DNA of 64,000 nucleotides from Limnochordia bacterium. Lineage in GTDB: Bacteria > Bacillota > Limnochordia > DTU080. This document shows, piece by piece, positions 40,485-54,744 of this stretch (positions are counted from its first letter, which is position 1; the number at the start of each line of letters is the position of its first letter). The position numbers were made by a program, and so were the translations under genes. Below the pieces are notes generated by a model. It searched no databases and was not told the DNA's origin. It was given only the letters and a program-made list of their open reading frames with translations. Where the stretch lies: contig JBMNJG010000004.1 of the NCBI GenBank assembly GCA_050951545.1, forward strand, positions 192,001 through 256,000, read 5' to 3'.

Positions 40485-40868
40485 ACATGGGTGCCACGTC
40501 CGCGGCGGCCAAGTGCTGTTGCCTGTCAATATTTCTCTAAAAAAGTGCATAAGTGTAGCCACGCTTACAGAGGCTATAAGGTACGGGGCGCCCCCAGACA
40601 TGGTGCTTTTTGCTGCAGCAGGAAGGAGGGGTCCTTTTCTGTCTGTCAGGTACGCGGACAAAGCATTACCTCAGTGGCCGCGCAAAAGGGTTGACACGGG
40701 AAATGGTTGGGTGCTGCTATGACTATTCGCCGCCTATTGCCAGAAGCCTGCTGCTTTGCGGAAGTGCACTGATGCGTTCGACTCTGTAGGTGACGGCTTG
40801 CCACGGTGGATGAAGAGTGCCCATGTCGATAGTGCAGCGTAGAAGGATTTACGAAGGAGTGGGGCATA

Positions 40869-43800
40869 TTGGCAATAGCAACTCAGCTGGGGAAGCGCCA
40901 GAGGATCTCATTCGGGAAGATCCACGAGGTCCTCGAGATGCCCGATCTGATCGAGGTCCAGAGGAAATCGTATGCGGCGTTTCTGCGTGAAGGTCTGATT
41001 GAGGTATTTGCCGATATTTCACCAATCCAGGACTTCACAGGCAATCTTGTGCTCGAGTTCATTGACTACGTCCTCGGCGAACCCAAGTACGACATTGCTG
41101 AGTGCAAGGACCGCGATGTCACTTACGCTGCTCCTTTGAGGGTTCGTGTCCGCCTGATCAACAAAGAGACTGGCGAAGTCAAGGAGCAAGAGGTCTTCAT
41201 GGGTGATTTTCCCCTGATGACCGACAATGGGACATTCATTATCAATGGCGCGGAGCGCGTAGTCGTCAGTCAGCTTGTCAGGTCTTCCGGTGTTTACTTT
41301 GACCGAGTGTACGATACGAGCGGCAAAATCCTATTCAAGGCCAGCATTATTCCGAACCGCGGGGCCTGGCTGGAGTTCGAGTGCGATGCCAACGATTGCA
41401 TCTATGTGCGCGTGGATCGCACCCGGAAGATTCCTGCCACGGTCTTGTTGCGCGCTCTGGGCTATGGAACAAACGCGAAGATCAACGACCTCTTTCAGGA
41501 CGCAGAGCCGATTCGGGCAACGCTTGAGCGTGATAACACCGAAAGTGAAGCTGAGGCTCTAGTTGAGATCTACAAGCGGTTGCGACCTGGGGAGCCTCCA
41601 ACGGAGGAAAGCGCTCGAGCGCTGTTTGAAACACTTTTCTACGACCCGAAGCGCTACGATCTCGCCGGAGTCGGCCGTTACAAGGCGAATAAAAAGCTTC
41701 GCATGATGCCACGCATTGTTGGGCGCATAGCCGTGGAGCCTGTTGTGGTTCCTGAGACGGGTGAGATCCTAATAGATGCGGGTATGAAGATCGATCGTCG
41801 ACAGGCAGAGCAGGTAGAGAAGGCTGGTATCGCTAGCGTCGTCATCGAAGGACGGGACGGCGTACCCGTCAAGGTGATCGGAAACGGGGCACCAGATAGT
41901 GACGTCAAGACCATTGCACCTGGGGACATTGTGGCCACCATTGACTACATTGTAGGTTTGATGTATGAGATTGGCAGTGTGGATGACATTGACCACTTGG
42001 GGAACCGCCGTCTGAAATCAGTAGGCGAGTTACTGCAGAATCAGTTCCGCATTGGCCTGTCACGCATGGAACGCGTGGTACGCGAGCGAATGACGATCCA
42101 GGATGTCGACATCATCACCCCACAGGCACTGATCAACATCAGACCCGTAGTGGCTGCTATCAAGGAGTTTTTTGGTAGCTCTCAGCTATCACAGTTTATG
42201 GACCAGACTAACCCACTTGCCGAGTTGACGCACAAACGGCGTCTTTCTGCGTTGGGACCAGGGGGTCTCTCACGCGAGCGAGCGGGCTTCGAGGTCCGCG
42301 ACGTACATCACTCCCACTACGGACGTATGTGTCCAATTGAGACCCCAGAGGGTCCGAATATCGGGCTCATTGGTAGTCTGTGCACTTACGCGCGAATCAA
42401 TGAGTACGGCTTTATCGAGACGCCCTATAGACGTGTAGACCAGGGGCGCATTTCCGATGAGATCGTATACCTGACTGCTGATGAAGAGGATAACTACGTC
42501 GTGGCCCAGGCCAATGAGCCCTTTGACGACAATGGACACTTCTTGCATCCAAGGGTTTCGGCGCGCTATATGGACAAAATCGTAATCGTTCCGGCTGATG
42601 AGATCGACTTCATGGATGTCTCGCCCAAGCAACTCGTATCTATTGCCACGGCGCTGATTCCTTTTCTGGAAAACGATGACGCCTCCCGGGCCCTCATGGG
42701 ATCCAACATGCAGCGACAGGCCGTGCCCTTGCTGAGAAGTGACGCACCCTACGTTGGCACAGGCATGGAGTTCAAGTCGGCCGTTGACTCTGGCGCTGTC
42801 ATTCTCGCCAAAGAAGACGGCGTGATAGAGCGGGTGAGTGCCTGCGAGATCGTGCTCAGAGGTGATTCGGGCCAGGAGCATCGCTACCGGCTTACCAAAT
42901 TTGCGCGTTCAAACCAAGGTACCTGCATCAACCAGCGGCCCACCTGCCAGCACGGACAGCGAGTACGAAAGGGCGAAATGCTAGCCGATGGTCCGTCTAC
43001 AGATCAGGGCGAGTTGGCCTTGGGGCGCAATGTGCTCTGCGCTTTCATGCCTTGGGAAGGTTATAACTACGAGGACGCTATTCTGATCAGCGAGAAACTC
43101 GTCAAGGAAGATGTCTTCACATCAATTCACATCGAGGAATACGAGGCGCAAGCTCGTGACACCAAGCTGGGTTCAGAAGAGATCACTCGAGACATCCCCA
43201 ATGTGGGCGAAGACGTTCTCAAAGACCTCAACGATGATGGCATTATCCGCATCGGTGCTGAGGTACGCCCCGGCGATATACTGGTCGGAAAGGTGACGCC
43301 AAAGGGTGAGACCGAGCTCACGGCTGAAGAGCGGCTCTTGAGGGCCATCTTCGGGGAGAAGGCCCGAGAGGTGCGCGACACCTCACTGCGGGTTCCCCAT
43401 GGCGAGGGTGGTGTCGTCGTCGATGTTCGCGTCTTCTCCCGGGAGAACGGGGACGAGCTTTCCCCCGGTGTTAACCGATTGGTGCGAGTCTATATAGCGC
43501 AGAAACGCAAGATATCTGAAGGCGACAAGATGGCTGGTCGACACGGCAACAAGGGTGTTGTTGCTCGTATTATGGCTGAGGAAGATATGCCATTTCTCCC
43601 AGACGGTACACCTGTCGAGATCGTCCTAAACCCCCTTGGGGTCCCCTCCCGTATGAATCTCGGGCAGGTGTTGGAAACCCATCTCGGGTTAGCGGCCAAG
43701 GCGATGGGTATCTATGTCGCTACACCAGTTTTCGACGGTGCGACTGAGAAGGAAATTGACGAGCTCTTGCGTAAGGCAGGTCAGCCAGTCGACGGAAAGT

Positions 43801-44594
43801 CCATCCTCTATGATGGACGTACAGGTGAGCCCTTCGACAACAGAGTTACGGTGGGTTACATCTATATGTTGAAGCTCCTGCATCTCGTGGACGACAAAAT
43901 CCATGCTCGGTCAACAGGCCCCTATTCACTGGTTACCCAACAGCCGCTTGGCGGCAAGGCCCAGTTCGGCGGCCAGCGTTTCGGTGAGATGGAAGTGTGG
44001 GCCCTCGAAGCGTATGGGGCTGCCTATACGTTGCAGGAGCTACTTACTGTGAAATCTGACGACGTAGTCGGTCGTGTCAAGACCTACGAAGCCATCGTCA
44101 AGGGCGAGAACGTACCGGAACCCGGAGTCCCGGAGTCCTTCAAGGTACTGATCAAGGAACTGCAGAGTCTGGCCCTCGATGTCCGCGTGCTCGCGGATGA
44201 GGCTACGGAGATCGAGATTCGAGAAGAAGAAGAGGACATCAGCGAGATGGCTCGCGAGCTCGGTATTGATATCCATGGCCGCGACGAAGAAGAAGAGGAA
44301 GAACGAGATCACGACACCGCACGTTCGAGTGAACGGGGAGTTGCTAGCGGACGTGGATTGGGTCAGCTCATGATAGAAGACGAGGACGAAGACACTGAAG
44401 ACGATGATGAGGATGTCGTTGCGCTCGATGAGGAAGACGAGGCTGAAGACAACGACGATGAGGACGAGGAAGAATTTGACGTGGATGTGGAGGATGACCC
44501 AGCTGTTGATGAGGATGAGGATGAGGATCTTGCGCTCGCCGAGGATGATGATGACTTCGCCGAGGATGACGATGACGGAGGCACCGAAGACTAG
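40869..44594 (+). CDS. rpoB: RNA polymerase beta subunit
   Basis: [43 protein letters not shown]; acidic C-terminal tail. Confidence 0.99.
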   Translation: MAIATQLGKRQRISFGKIHEVLEMPDLIEVQRKSYAAFLREGLIEVFADISPIQDFTGNLVLEFIDYVLGEPKYDIAECKDRDVTYAAPLRVRVRLINKETGEVKEQEVFMGDFPLMTDNGTFIINGAERVVVSQLVRSSGVYFDRVYDTSGKILFKASIIPNRGAWLEFECDANDCIYVRVDRTRKIPATVLLRALGYGTNAKINDLFQDAEPIRATLERDNTESEAEALVEIYKRLRPGEPPTEESARALFETLFYDPKRYDLAGVGRYKANKKLRMMPRIVGRIAVEPVVVPETGEILIDAGMKIDRRQAEQVEKAGIASVVIEGRDGVPVKVIGNGAPDSDVKTIAPGDIVATIDYIVGLMYEIGSVDDIDHLGNRRLKSVGELLQNQFRIGLSRMERVVRERMTIQDVDIITPQALINIRPVVAAIKEFFGSSQLSQFMDQTNPLAELTHKRRLSALGPGGLSRERAGFEVRDVHHSHYGRMCPIETPEGPNIGLIGSLCTYARINEYGFIETPYRRVDQGRISDEIVYLTADEEDNYVVAQANEPFDDNGHFLHPRVSARYMDKIVIVPADEIDFMDVSPKQLVSIATALIPFLENDDASRALMGSNMQRQAVPLLRSDAPYVGTGMEFKSAVDSGAVILAKEDGVIERVSACEIVLRGDSGQEHRYRLTKFARSNQGTCINQRPTCQHGQRVRKGEMLADGPSTDQGELALGRNVLCAFMPWEGYNYEDAILISEKLVKEDVFTSIHIEEYEAQARDTKLGSEEITRDIPNVGEDVLKDLNDDGIIRIGAEVRPGDILVGKVTPKGETELTAEERLLRAIFGEKAREVRDTSLRVPHGEGGVVVDVRVFSRENGDELSPGVNRLVRVYIAQKRKISEGDKMAGRHGNKGVVARIMAEEDMPFLPDGTPVEIVLNPLGVPSRMNLGQVLETHLGLAAKAMGIYVATPVFDGATEKEIDELLRKAGQPVDGKSILYDGRTGEPFDNRVTVGYIYMLKLLHLVDDKIHARSTGPYSLVTQQPLGGKAQFGGQRFGEMEVWALEAYGAAYTLQELLTVKSDDVVGRVKTYEAIVKGENVPEPGVPESFKVLIKELQSLALDVRVLADEATEIEIREEEEDISEMARELGIDIHGRDEEEEEERDHDTARSSERGVASGRGLGQLMIEDEDEDTEDDDEDVVALDEEDEAEDNDDEDEEEFDVDVEDDPAVDEDEDEDLALAEDDDDFAEDDDDGGTED

Positions 44595-44672
44595 GCCTGC
44601 TCAGTAGAGCCTGCTGTTGGGACACGGTGCCCCCAGGCGTTACGTCCTAACGTGGTAAGGAGGTTGACGCTT

Positions 44673-47600
44673 TTGCTCGACGTCAATAATTTTGACCGGA
44701 TCAAAATCGGACTCGCGAGCCCGGAGCTGATCCGGGAGTGGTCTAGCGGCGAAGTGAAGAAACCTGAGACTATTAACTATCGTACTCTAAAGCCCGAGCG
44801 GGAAGGACTCTTTTGCGAAAAGATCTTCGGCCCGACTCGAGACTGGGAATGCCACTGCGGCAAGTACAAGCGTGTGCGCTACAAGGGTATCGTCTGTGAT
44901 CGCTGTGGTGTTGAGGTCACCCGAGCGAAGGTGCGGCGCGAACGCATGGGCCATATTGAGTTGGCCGCTCCGGTTTCTCATATCTGGTTCTTCAAGGGGA
45001 TCCCCAGTCGCATGGGGCTGCTCTTGGACATGTCGCCGCGGACTCTGGAGAAAGTGCTTTATTTTGCCTCGTACATCGTGGTCGATCCTGGTGACACCCC
45101 GCTGGCGAAGAAGCAGCTACTGACAGAGGGCGAGTATCGGGAGTATCGGGAGAAGTTCCCGAACGCCTTCAAGGCCGGCATGGGAGCAGAGGCCATTAAG
45201 AAACTCCTCGATGAGATGGACTTGGACGAGATGTCCGAGGAGTTACGCACAGAGATAAACGACAGCTCTGGGCAGCGTCGGATGCGTGCCATCCGGCGGC
45301 TCGAGGTAGTCGAGGCCTTTCGCAAATCGGGCAACCAGCCTGAGTGGATGATTCTCGAGGTCATTCCAGTCATCCCTCCGGAACTGCGTCCGATGGTGCA
45401 ACTTGATGGTGGTCGATTTGCTACATCTGATCTCAATGACCTGTATCGGCGAGTGATCAATCGCAACAACCGGCTCAAGAGACTGCTGGAGCTTGGAGCC
45501 CCCGATATCATCGTGCGCAACGAGAAGCGCATGCTTCAGGAGGCAGTCGATGCACTCGTAGACAATGGTCGCAGAGGGCGTCCTGTCACAGGCCCAGGCA
45601 ATCGCCCGCTAAAGTCCTTGTCGGATATGCTCAAGGGCAAACAGGGCCGCTTCCGTCAGAATCTGCTGGGCAAGCGTGTGGACTACTCGGGCCGTTCTGT
45701 GATTGTGGTGGGCCCTGATCTCGAGCTGCACCAGTGCGGACTTCCCCGGGAGATGGCTTTGGAGCTGTTCAAGCCCTTTGTGATGAAGCGTCTCGTGGAT
45801 GAGGGGCATGCCCACAACATCAAGAGTGCTAAGCGCATGGTGGAACGTGTGCGCTCCGAAGTCTGGGACGTTCTAGAGGAGGTTATCAAGGAGCACCCAG
45901 TGCTTCTTAACCGGGCGCCTACGCTGCACCGCCTCGGCATTCAGGCCTTTGAGCCTGTACTCGTGGGCGGACGGGCGATTCAGATTCACCCGCTGGTCTG
46001 TGTGGCCTATAACGCGGACTTCGACGGCGACCAGATGGCCGTACACGTGCCCTTGTCCGCTGAAGCACAGGCTGAGGCTCGTCTATTGATGCTCTCGGCC
46101 CACAATATCCTGCTTCCTTCCAGTGGTCGCCCGGTAACGACGCCTCACCAGGACATGATTATCGGCTGTTTCTACCTCACTAAGGAGAAGGCAGGCGAAA
46201 AGGGTGAGGGTAAGGCGTTTATAAGTCCCGAAGAGGTTAGAATGGCGTACTATCATGGGGATCTGTCGCTGCACGCTCTGATCAAGGTTCGCCTGGACGG
46301 TGAACTCGTAAAGACAACAGCGGGGCGCGTCATTTTTAACGAGGTGATCCCCGACGAGATAGGTTTCATCAACGAGGTAATCGATCGGAAATCGCTGGGA
46401 CGTCTCGTAGACAGCCTCTACCGCAAGTTCGGTGCTACTGGCACCGGGCAGGTTCTTGACAAGATCAAGAAACTGGGCTTTGTCTTTGCCACACGTTCAG
46501 GTACCACGGTGGGTATATCCGATATCGAGATCCCTGCAGAGAAGCATGAGCTACTGCGCGAAGCTGAGCATCTGGTGGAGCAAGTGGAGACACAGCATCG
46601 ACGCGGGCTGCTTACGGCGGAGGAGCGCTATCAACGTATCTGCGACATCTGGGCTCAGGCAAAGGATGATGTAACTAAAGCGATGGTCGAGCACCTAGAT
46701 GACTTCAACCCAGTGTGGATGATGGCTAACTCAGGCGCTCGCGGTAATGTGCCCCAGTTGTCTCAGCTCGCCGGCATGCGCGGTCTCGTAGCAGACCCGA
46801 CTGGTCGGACGATCGAGATTCCGATCAAGGCTAATTTCCGTGAAGGCCTAACAGTTTTGGAGTACTTCATTTCGACGCACGGTACGAGAAAAGGACTTGC
46901 GGACACCGCCCTGCGTACTGCTGACTCCGGGTATTTGACCCGGCGCTTGGTCGATGTCTCGCAGGACGTCATTGTGCGCGAGGAAGACTGTGGGACCGAT
47001 CAAGGCATTCGGGTGGGGGCCATCAAGGAGGTCACTGGCGGCGTCGAAGAGATCATTGAGCCTCTGCGTGACCGCCTCACTGGGCGCGTGACTGCCGAGG
47101 CAGTGGCTCATCCTGTCACTGGGGAGATCATGGTTGAGGATAACCAGCTGATTAATGAAGAGGCAGCCTCAGCTATTGAGGATGCAGGCATTGAGCACGT
47201 CTGCATTCGCTCTGTGCTCACGTGTCGGTCGCGCTGGGGAGTTTGCGCCCGGTGCTACGGTCGGAACCTGGCCTCAGGTCAGCTTGTGGAAGTTGGCGAG
47301 GCAGTGGGCATCATTGCGGCACAGTCGATCGGTGAGCCAGGAACTCAGCTCACGATGCGGACCTTCCACACTGGTGGCGTAGCCGGAGTCGACGACATCA
47401 CGGCCGGTCTACCTCGTGTCGAAGAACTCTTCGAAGCACGTAAGCCCAAGGGTCAGGCGATCATCACCGAGATGGACGGAGTCGTACATTTCGTTGAGTC
47501 CAAGGGCGTCCGCAAGGCAGTGATAACTGGCGAGGACAACGAGGAAAAGGTCTACACGATCCCGTATGGGGCGCGCTTGCGAGTGCGAGATGGTCAGACT

Positions 47601-48230
47601 GTGGAGCTTGGCGACAGACTGACTGAAGGTGCGGTCAATCCGCACGATATTCTCCGAGTGAAAGGAACTCGCGCAGTTCAGACCTATTTGGTACAGGAAG
47701 TACAGGATGTCTACCGTTCTCAGGGCGTCGACATCAACGACAAGCATATTGAGGTCATCGTTCGCCAGATGCTACGCAAGGTCAAGGTGGAAACACCGGG
47801 AGATACTGAACTGCTTCCCGGAGGCCTCGTGGATGTCTTCGACTTTGAAGAGGAGAACGAGCGCGTGCTGCGTGAAGGCGGGGAGCCTGCTACGGCTAAA
47901 CCAGCATTGCTTGGCATCACCAAGGCCTCTTTGGCCACGGAGAGCTTCTTGTCTGCGGCATCGTTCCAGGAGACAACGCGTGTACTCACGGAGGCATCGA
48001 TAAAGGGGAAATCGGACCCGTTGCTTGGACTCAAGGAGAACGTGATTATCGGTAAGCTGGTTCCAGCAGGAACTGGCATGGCGCGCTACAGACAGGTCCA
48101 ACCGCTGCTTCCGCCTGGGGCAGAGGAGCAGGAAGAGCCAGATGGCGAAGGAGCACCAAACGGTGTTCCGGAACGTGTTGGCCTCAGCACCGATATTGAA
48201 GTGCACACGCACGCCGAGGCTGAGATCTAG
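44673..48230 (+). CDS. rpoC: RNA polymerase beta' subunit
   Basis: [36 protein letters not shown]; TTG after AAGGAGG. Confidence 0.99.
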   Translation: MLDVNNFDRIKIGLASPELIREWSSGEVKKPETINYRTLKPEREGLFCEKIFGPTRDWECHCGKYKRVRYKGIVCDRCGVEVTRAKVRRERMGHIELAAPVSHIWFFKGIPSRMGLLLDMSPRTLEKVLYFASYIVVDPGDTPLAKKQLLTEGEYREYREKFPNAFKAGMGAEAIKKLLDEMDLDEMSEELRTEINDSSGQRRMRAIRRLEVVEAFRKSGNQPEWMILEVIPVIPPELRPMVQLDGGRFATSDLNDLYRRVINRNNRLKRLLELGAPDIIVRNEKRMLQEAVDALVDNGRRGRPVTGPGNRPLKSLSDMLKGKQGRFRQNLLGKRVDYSGRSVIVVGPDLELHQCGLPREMALELFKPFVMKRLVDEGHAHNIKSAKRMVERVRSEVWDVLEEVIKEHPVLLNRAPTLHRLGIQAFEPVLVGGRAIQIHPLVCVAYNADFDGDQMAVHVPLSAEAQAEARLLMLSAHNILLPSSGRPVTTPHQDMIIGCFYLTKEKAGEKGEGKAFISPEEVRMAYYHGDLSLHALIKVRLDGELVKTTAGRVIFNEVIPDEIGFINEVIDRKSLGRLVDSLYRKFGATGTGQVLDKIKKLGFVFATRSGTTVGISDIEIPAEKHELLREAEHLVEQVETQHRRGLLTAEERYQRICDIWAQAKDDVTKAMVEHLDDFNPVWMMANSGARGNVPQLSQLAGMRGLVADPTGRTIEIPIKANFREGLTVLEYFISTHGTRKGLADTALRTADSGYLTRRLVDVSQDVIVREEDCGTDQGIRVGAIKEVTGGVEEIIEPLRDRLTGRVTAEAVAHPVTGEIMVEDNQLINEEAASAIEDAGIEHVCIRSVLTCRSRWGVCARCYGRNLASGQLVEVGEAVGIIAAQSIGEPGTQLTMRTFHTGGVAGVDDITAGLPRVEELFEARKPKGQAIITEMDGVVHFVESKGVRKAVITGEDNEEKVYTIPYGARLRVRDGQTVELGDRLTEGAVNPHDILRVKGTRAVQTYLVQEVQDVYRSQGVDINDKHIEVIVRQMLRKVKVETPGDTELLPGGLVDVFDFEEENERVLREGGEPATAKPALLGITKASLATESFLSAASFQETTRVLTEASIKGKSDPLLGLKENVIIGKLVPAGTGMARYRQVQPLLPPGAEEQEEPDGEGAPNGVPERVGLSTDIEVHTHAEAEI

Positions 48231-48239
48231 AGACTGCAA

Positions 48240-48333
48240 CCCAGCCGTACCCAAGGCTCTTGCGACTTGTGATTGACAGTGCACGCCGCAACGTGTAGAA
48301 TAACCAAGTGTGCCGCCTTGAGGTACGGCTGGG
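48240..48333. repeat. Inverted repeat enclosing the str-operon promoter
   Basis: CCCAGCCGTACCCAAGGC (48240-48257) versus GCCTTGaGGTACGGCTGGG (48315-48333), one inserted base. Confidence 0.7.
48273..48301 (+). promoter_or_regulatory. SigA promoter of L7Ae-rpsL operon
   Basis: TTGACA-N17-TAGAAT. Confidence 0.8.
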
Positions 48334-48358
48334 CACTCCAAGCCCAGGGGGTGTAGGC

Positions 48359-48631
48359 ATGCCGAGTCGGTTGAAGGAGGCGCGCCGGAAAGCGGTCGGT
48401 ACTAACGAGACGCTCCGGGCACTAGAGACAGGGTCTGCAGTGGTGGTCTTTGTCGCGGCTGACGCAGAACAGCGAGTGACTCGTCCCGTGCTGGAGCTGG
48501 CAGCGCGCCAGCAGCTGGAGTTGATCCGTGTGGAAGCGATGTCAGCTCTGGGCAGGTTGTGTGGCATCGACGTGGGCACGGCCTGTGCTGCGCTGCTGAA
48601 AGAACCCGCTGGTCGGGTGATGAACGTATAG
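48359..48631 (+). CDS. L7Ae-family RNA-binding protein (YbxF-like)
   Basis: VGTNETLRAL, VFVAADAE, LGRLCGIDVG; precedes rpsL. Confidence 0.9.
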   Translation: MPSRLKEARRKAVGTNETLRALETGSAVVVFVAADAEQRVTRPVLELAARQQLELIRVEAMSALGRLCGIDVGTACAALLKEPAGRVMNV

Positions 48632-48682
48632 ATTTTGGGTCTCAGGGGACATTCTCGTTTGTGCAGAAAGGGGGGACTATTC

Positions 48683-49096
48683 ATGCCAACGATTAGTCAG
48701 CTTGTAAGAAAAGGACGGCAAGCGTCTGAGAATCGCAGTGCGGCACCGGCCCTTCTCTATCGGTTCAACAGCAAGAAGAACCGCGTGCTAGAAGGAGAAG
48801 GCTCGCCACAAAAGCGCGGTGTCTGCTTGCGCGTATACACCCACACGCCAAAGAAACCGAACTCTGCTCTGCGCAAAGTGGCCCGTGTGCGGCTCACGAA
48901 CCAAATAGAGGTGACTTCCTACATTCCAGGTGAGGGTCATAACCTGCAAGAGCACTCGGTCGTACTTATCCGGGGTGGCAGGGTAAAGGATCTTCCTGGT
49001 GTGCGCTATCACATCGTGCGTGGCACCCTAGATGCCGCCGGAGTCAGCAACCGTAAACAGAGCAGATCGAAGTATGGTGCCAAGAGCGAGAAGTAA
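48683..49096 (+). CDS. rpsL: 30S ribosomal protein S12
   Basis: [29 protein letters not shown]. Confidence 0.99.
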   Translation: MPTISQLVRKGRQASENRSAAPALLYRFNSKKNRVLEGEGSPQKRGVCLRVYTHTPKKPNSALRKVARVRLTNQIEVTSYIPGEGHNLQEHSVVLIRGGRVKDLPGVRYHIVRGTLDAAGVSNRKQSRSKYGAKSEK

Positions 49097-49116
49097 CAGG
49101 CAAAGGGGGGAAGGGC

Positions 49117-49587
49117 ATGCCGCGCAGGGGATACGTGGCCAAGCGTGAGGTTCACGCTGATCCGGTTTTCAACAGCAAGTTAGCCACGCAGTTCATCAGT
49201 AAGCTTATGGTGGACGGGAGAAGGGGTCTGGCTGAGAGCATCTTCTATGAGGCCTTAGACACCGTTCGGCAGAAGACAGGAAAAGATCCTATCGAAGTGC
49301 TCGAGACGGCGATGAAGAATGTCATGCCCGTGCTTGAAGTAAAACCTCGCCGTGTAGGAGGAGCCACATACCAGGTGCCAGTTGAGGTCAGAGCTGAGCG
49401 TAGAACTGCTCTAGCACTGCGGTGGCTGGTCCAGTACACGCGTGAGCGTCCGGAAAGGCGCATGGCAGATCGCTTGGCGGCCGAGCTGATGGATGCGGCT
49501 AACAACCAAGGTAACTCGGTGAAGAAACGCGAAGATACGCATCGCATGGCTGAGGCCAACAAGGCCTTCGCACACTATCGTTGGTAA
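49117..49587 (+). CDS. rpsG: 30S ribosomal protein S7
   Basis: [24 protein letters not shown]. Confidence 0.99.
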   Translation: MPRRGYVAKREVHADPVFNSKLATQFISKLMVDGRRGLAESIFYEALDTVRQKTGKDPIEVLETAMKNVMPVLEVKPRRVGGATYQVPVEVRAERRTALALRWLVQYTRERPERRMADRLAAELMDAANNQGNSVKKREDTHRMAEANKAFAHYRW

Positions 49588-49660
49588 GGACAGTCTTCCG
49601 CTTGCTGCCACTCCAAAGAGGCAGTAGCGGTGGTTACCGTTTCAAGGGGGATTCAAGCGA

Positions 49661-51730
49661 ATGCCCAGAGCGCTACCTCTGGAAAACACACGAAACATAG
49701 GCATTATGGCCCACATTGATGCCGGCAAGACTACGACGACTGAGCGTATCTTGTTCTATACCGGACGCCTGCACAAGATGGGTGAGGTGCATGAAGGCGC
49801 GGCGACCATGGACTGGATGGTCCAGGAGAAAGAGCGTGGCATTACAATCACCTCGGCGGCGACGACGTGTCATTGGCGCGATCATCGTATCAATATTATC
49901 GACACGCCCGGACACGTGGACTTCACAGTGGAAGTGGAACGTAGCCTGCGGGTCTTGGATGGGGCGGTGGCCGTCTTCTGCTCGGTTGGAGGCGTGGAGC
50001 CTCAATCTGAGACGGTTTGGCGTCAGGCGGACAAATATGGCGTGCCACGCATTGCCTATGTGAACAAGATGGATAGAGTGGGGGCCGATTTTCGCCGAAC
50101 TATCCGCATGATGGAGGAGCGATTCGGGGCTGTCGCTGTACCAGTGCAGCTACCCATTGGGGTGGAAGAGGATTTCCGAGGACTAGTGGACTTGATCGGA
50201 TTGCATGCGCATTACTATGTAGACGACTTGGGTACACGTTCGGATGTTACTGATATCCCCACTGAGATGGTCGACGAGGTCGCACAAGCACGCACACAGC
50301 TTATTGAGAGAATCGCCGAGAATGACGATTTTCTGATGGCGAAGTACGTGGAAGGTGAGGAGATCACTCCAGAGGAGCTGAAGGCGGCTATCCGTCGCGT
50401 CTGCTTGGCGGTGAAGGTCATTCCCGTCTTGTGCGGTTCGTCATTCAAAAACAAGGGTGTTCAGCTGCTTTTGGACGCCATTGTGGATTTCTTGCCCTCG
50501 CCGCTTGACATTGGAGTCGTTTCGGGGATCAATGAGCTCGGCGACCCGATCGAGCGACGAATGGCCGACGATGAGCCGTTCTCAGCTTTGGCTTTTAAAG
50601 TGATGGCCGACCCGTATGTAGGCAGACTGACCTTTTTCCGTGTCTATTCAGGAGTTCTCAAGGCTGGCTCCTACATCTATAACGCTACAAAGGGCCGCAG
50701 AGAGCGCATTGGCCGCATCCTTCAGATGCATGCCAATCACCGCGAGGAGATTGAGGAGTGCTACTCCGGTGAGATTGCTGCAGCGGTCGGATTGAGGATT
50801 ACTGGCACGGGAGACAGTCTTTGCGCTGAAGATCAGGTGTTGGTGCTCGAGGTTCCGCTGTTTCCAGAGCCCGTGATCGACCAGGCAGTAGAACCCAAGA
50901 CCAAGGCCGATCAAGACAGACTGTCGATGGCTCTTGCTCGCTTGGCGGAGGAAGACCCCACGTTCAAGGTGCATACCGACGAAGAAACCGGTCAGACCAT
51001 CATATCTGGGATGGGCGAGCTGCATCTGGAGGTCATCGTAGATAGGCTGCGTCGAGAGTTCAAAGTCGAAGGGAATGTAGGAAAACCACAGGTTTCCTAC
51101 CGGGAGACCATCCGCAAAGCAGTCTCTAGTGTCGGCAGATTCGTCAGACAGACGGGCGGACGCGGCCAGTATGGGCATGTGGTCTTGGAGATTGAACCCA
51201 GCGAACCCGGGGCAGGGTTTGAATTCGAGAATCGGATCGTGGGTGGCGTGGTGCCCAAGGAGTACGTGCCTGCCGTGGAAGCTGGCATCAGAGAGGCCAT
51301 GCAGACTGGTGTTCTCGCGGGCTATCCCGTCGTTGACATCAAGGTAACGCTGGTCGATGGCTCTTATCATGAAGTTGATTCTTCTGAGATGGCCTTTAAG
51401 ATTGCTGGTTCCATAGGGTTCAAGGAAGGCGTGCGGAATGCTGATCCTGTGTTGCTCGAGCCGATCATGCGCGTGGAAGTGTTGACCCCAGAGGATTTCC
51501 TGGGAGATGTCATGGGGGATCTCAATGCTCGCCGCGGACGCATTGAAGGCATGGAAGCTCGAGGCAAGGCGCAGTTGGTAAGGGCCCTAGTGCCACTCGT
51601 CAGCATGTTTGGCTATGCGACGGATTTGCGTTCTTCCACGCAGGGACGCGCTTCATACACGATGCATTTTGAACGCTACGAGGAAGTGCCGCCATCTCTT
51701 GCTGAGAAAGTCATGAGCCGAGAGGTCTAG
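49661..51730 (+). CDS. fusA: Elongation factor G
   Basis: [28 protein letters not shown]. Confidence 0.99.
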   Translation: MPRALPLENTRNIGIMAHIDAGKTTTTERILFYTGRLHKMGEVHEGAATMDWMVQEKERGITITSAATTCHWRDHRINIIDTPGHVDFTVEVERSLRVLDGAVAVFCSVGGVEPQSETVWRQADKYGVPRIAYVNKMDRVGADFRRTIRMMEERFGAVAVPVQLPIGVEEDFRGLVDLIGLHAHYYVDDLGTRSDVTDIPTEMVDEVAQARTQLIERIAENDDFLMAKYVEGEEITPEELKAAIRRVCLAVKVIPVLCGSSFKNKGVQLLLDAIVDFLPSPLDIGVVSGINELGDPIERRMADDEPFSALAFKVMADPYVGRLTFFRVYSGVLKAGSYIYNATKGRRERIGRILQMHANHREEIEECYSGEIAAAVGLRITGTGDSLCAEDQVLVLEVPLFPEPVIDQAVEPKTKADQDRLSMALARLAEEDPTFKVHTDEETGQTIISGMGELHLEVIVDRLRREFKVEGNVGKPQVSYRETIRKAVSSVGRFVRQTGGRGQYGHVVLEIEPSEPGAGFEFENRIVGGVVPKEYVPAVEAGIREAMQTGVLAGYPVVDIKVTLVDGSYHEVDSSEMAFKIAGSIGFKEGVRNADPVLLEPIMRVEVLTPEDFLGDVMGDLNARRGRIEGMEARGKAQLVRALVPLVSMFGYATDLRSSTQGRASYTMHFERYEEVPPSLAEKVMSREV

Positions 51731-51792
51731 CAGGAGCAGGCAGGCGTTGTGTTCGGCAATGCAGTGAAAGAACTAGGTTCGGGAGGAGTCAG

Positions 51793-52992
<1,200 letters not shown>

Positions 52993-53006
52993 TCGCGTGC
53001 TAGCTA

Positions 53007-53095
53007 GCGATGAGGCGGGAGGTTGCCTACCCCCACACTCAGAGGTGTGGGGTAACGGGGGAATTTCCGCGGAGCATGCTCGTGAATCGGGCGAT
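53007..53095 (+). ncRNA. S10 operon leader-like element
   Basis: GCGATGAGGCGGGAGGTTGC-hairpin-GGAATTTCCGCGGAG...GGGCGA before rpsJ, resembling Bacillota rpsJ leaders (from recall). Confidence 0.65.
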
Positions 53096-53112
53096 GAGGG
53101 AGGAACGTTGCT

Positions 53113-53421
53113 TTGTCGAAACAGAGGATCCGCATTCGGTTAAAGGCTTTTGACCACCGGATTTTGGATGGTTCGGCCGAGAGGATTGTCGAGACTGCCA
53201 AGAGGACAGGAGCCCTGGTATCCGGTCCCATTCCGTTGCCCACGGAGCGCAGGTTGTACACGGTATTGCGGTCGCCACATGTGCACAAGGATTCGCGTGA
53301 GCAGTTCGAGATGCGTACACACAAACGTCTCATCGACATTCTGGAGCCGACGGCCAAAACCGTAGATGCCCTGATGCGGCTCGATCTGCCGGCTGGTGTG
53401 GACATCGAGATCAAGCTATAG
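53113..53421 (+). CDS. rpsJ: 30S ribosomal protein S10
   Basis: [29 protein letters not shown]. Confidence 0.99.
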   Translation: MSKQRIRIRLKAFDHRILDGSAERIVETAKRTGALVSGPIPLPTERRLYTVLRSPHVHKDSREQFEMRTHKRLIDILEPTAKTVDALMRLDLPAGVDIEIKL

Positions 53422-53439
53422 GCGTTAGGGGGGACGAGG

Positions 53440-54081
53440 ATGCCAAAGGGAACACTGGGACGCAAGGTAGGTATGACCCAGCTTTTCACCAGCAATGGTA
53501 ATGTCGTGCCGGTAACGGTCATTAAGGCTGGACCAGTGCATGTGGTGCAGAAGAAAGCACTGGAAACTGATGGCTATGCTGCGGTCCAGTTGGGACTCGG
53601 TGAGAAGCTAAAGAATGTGAACAAGCCTTTGGGCGGTCACTTTGCCAAGGGGCAAGTGATTCCCGCAGGTGCGTTGCGCGAATTTCATACTGAGGACTCT
53701 GAGCTCATGCAAAGCCTTGAGGTTGGCGATGAGCTGAGGGTTGAGGCAGTGTTTGCTGAAGGCGAGTATGTCGATGTTGTTGGCACCACGAAAGGCAAGG
53801 GCTATGCGGGTGTCATCAAGCGTCACAATTTCCGGCGCGGCCCTATGGGGCACGGCTCTCACTACCACCGACGTGTGGGATCCTTGGGAGCGGTCGACCC
53901 AGCTCGAGTTTTCAAGGGGCGAAAAATGCCGGGCCGCATGGGCGGTGAGCGGCGCACAGTGCAGAGATTGCAGGTGGTCAAGGTGGACGCTGAGCGCAAC
54001 CTGCTACTTGTCAAGGGTTCTGTACCAGGCCCCAAGGGAAGCCTGGTAATGGTGAAAGAGACCGTGAAGCACAAGCGCTAA
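53440..54081 (+). CDS. rplC: 50S ribosomal protein L3
   Basis: [27 protein letters not shown]. Confidence 0.98.
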   Translation: MPKGTLGRKVGMTQLFTSNGNVVPVTVIKAGPVHVVQKKALETDGYAAVQLGLGEKLKNVNKPLGGHFAKGQVIPAGALREFHTEDSELMQSLEVGDELRVEAVFAEGEYVDVVGTTKGKGYAGVIKRHNFRRGPMGHGSHYHRRVGSLGAVDPARVFKGRKMPGRMGGERRTVQRLQVVKVDAERNLLLVKGSVPGPKGSLVMVKETVKHKR

Positions 54082-54123
54082 GGCCGCTATTCATGCGTAC
54101 CTGTGAGAAGAGGAGGCCCGACA

Positions 54124-54744
54124 GTGCCTAAGGTGGCCGTATACGATATGGATGGCCGGCAGGTCGGCGAAATGGACCTAAACGATGAGGTGTTTGGGGC
54201 TGAGGTAAACCAGGCTCTCTTGCACCAGGCAGTAGTGATGTATGAAGCTAACAAGCGCCAGGGGACAGCGAACACGAAGACGCGCGGACTCGTTCGCGGT
54301 GGTGGACGCAAGCCTTGGCGTCAAAAGGGAACTGGCCGGGCGCGGCAGGGGAGTATTCGATCGCCGCAATGGCGAGGGGGCGGCACTGTCTTCGGACCGC
54401 ATCCGCGTGAGTGGCGACAAGCGATGCCTAGGAAGGCGCGTCAGGCTGCACTGCGCTCTGCATTGTCTGCCAAGACTGCTTCTGGAGAGATTGTGGTTCT
54501 CGACAAGCTACAAATGTTGGAGCCAAAGACTAAGGTCATGGCGGAGTTTCTTGACACCTTTCGGGCTGGTAAGGCCCTTGTGGTTACGCACGAGCCCGAC
54601 GCCAACCTGATCTTGTCGGCACGCAACATACCGGGTCTGCTGCTGAGCCGAGCAGATGCGCTCAACGCGTATGCTGTGCTGCGTCATGATAAGCTGATGA
54701 TCACGCGGGACGCGGTGAGTCAGCTCGAGGAGGCGTTGGCCTGA
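54124..54744 (+). CDS. rplD: 50S ribosomal protein L4
   Basis: [15 protein letters not shown]. Confidence 0.98.
   Translation: MPKVAVYDMDGRQVGEMDLNDEVFGAEVNQALLHQAVVMYEANKRQGTANTKTRGLVRGGGRKPWRQKGTGRARQGSIRSPQWRGGGTVFGPHPREWRQAMPRKARQAALRSALSAKTASGEIVVLDKLQMLEPKTKVMAEFLDTFRAGKALVVTHEPDANLILSARNIPGLLLSRADALNAYAVLRHDKLMITRDAVSQLEEALA

Noticed and set aside
40842-40868. SigH-like GAAGGATTT before rpoB
   Set aside because: No GAAT at the required spacing; overlaps the RBS region.
44363-44584. Poly-Ser minus-strand ORF and apparent trinucleotide repeat
   Set aside because: Reverse complement of the GAN codons of the RpoB acidic tail; not a separate element.
48750-48800. Insertion in S12 ([16 protein letters not shown])
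   Set aside because: An insertion at this position is normal in many Bacillota S12 proteins.
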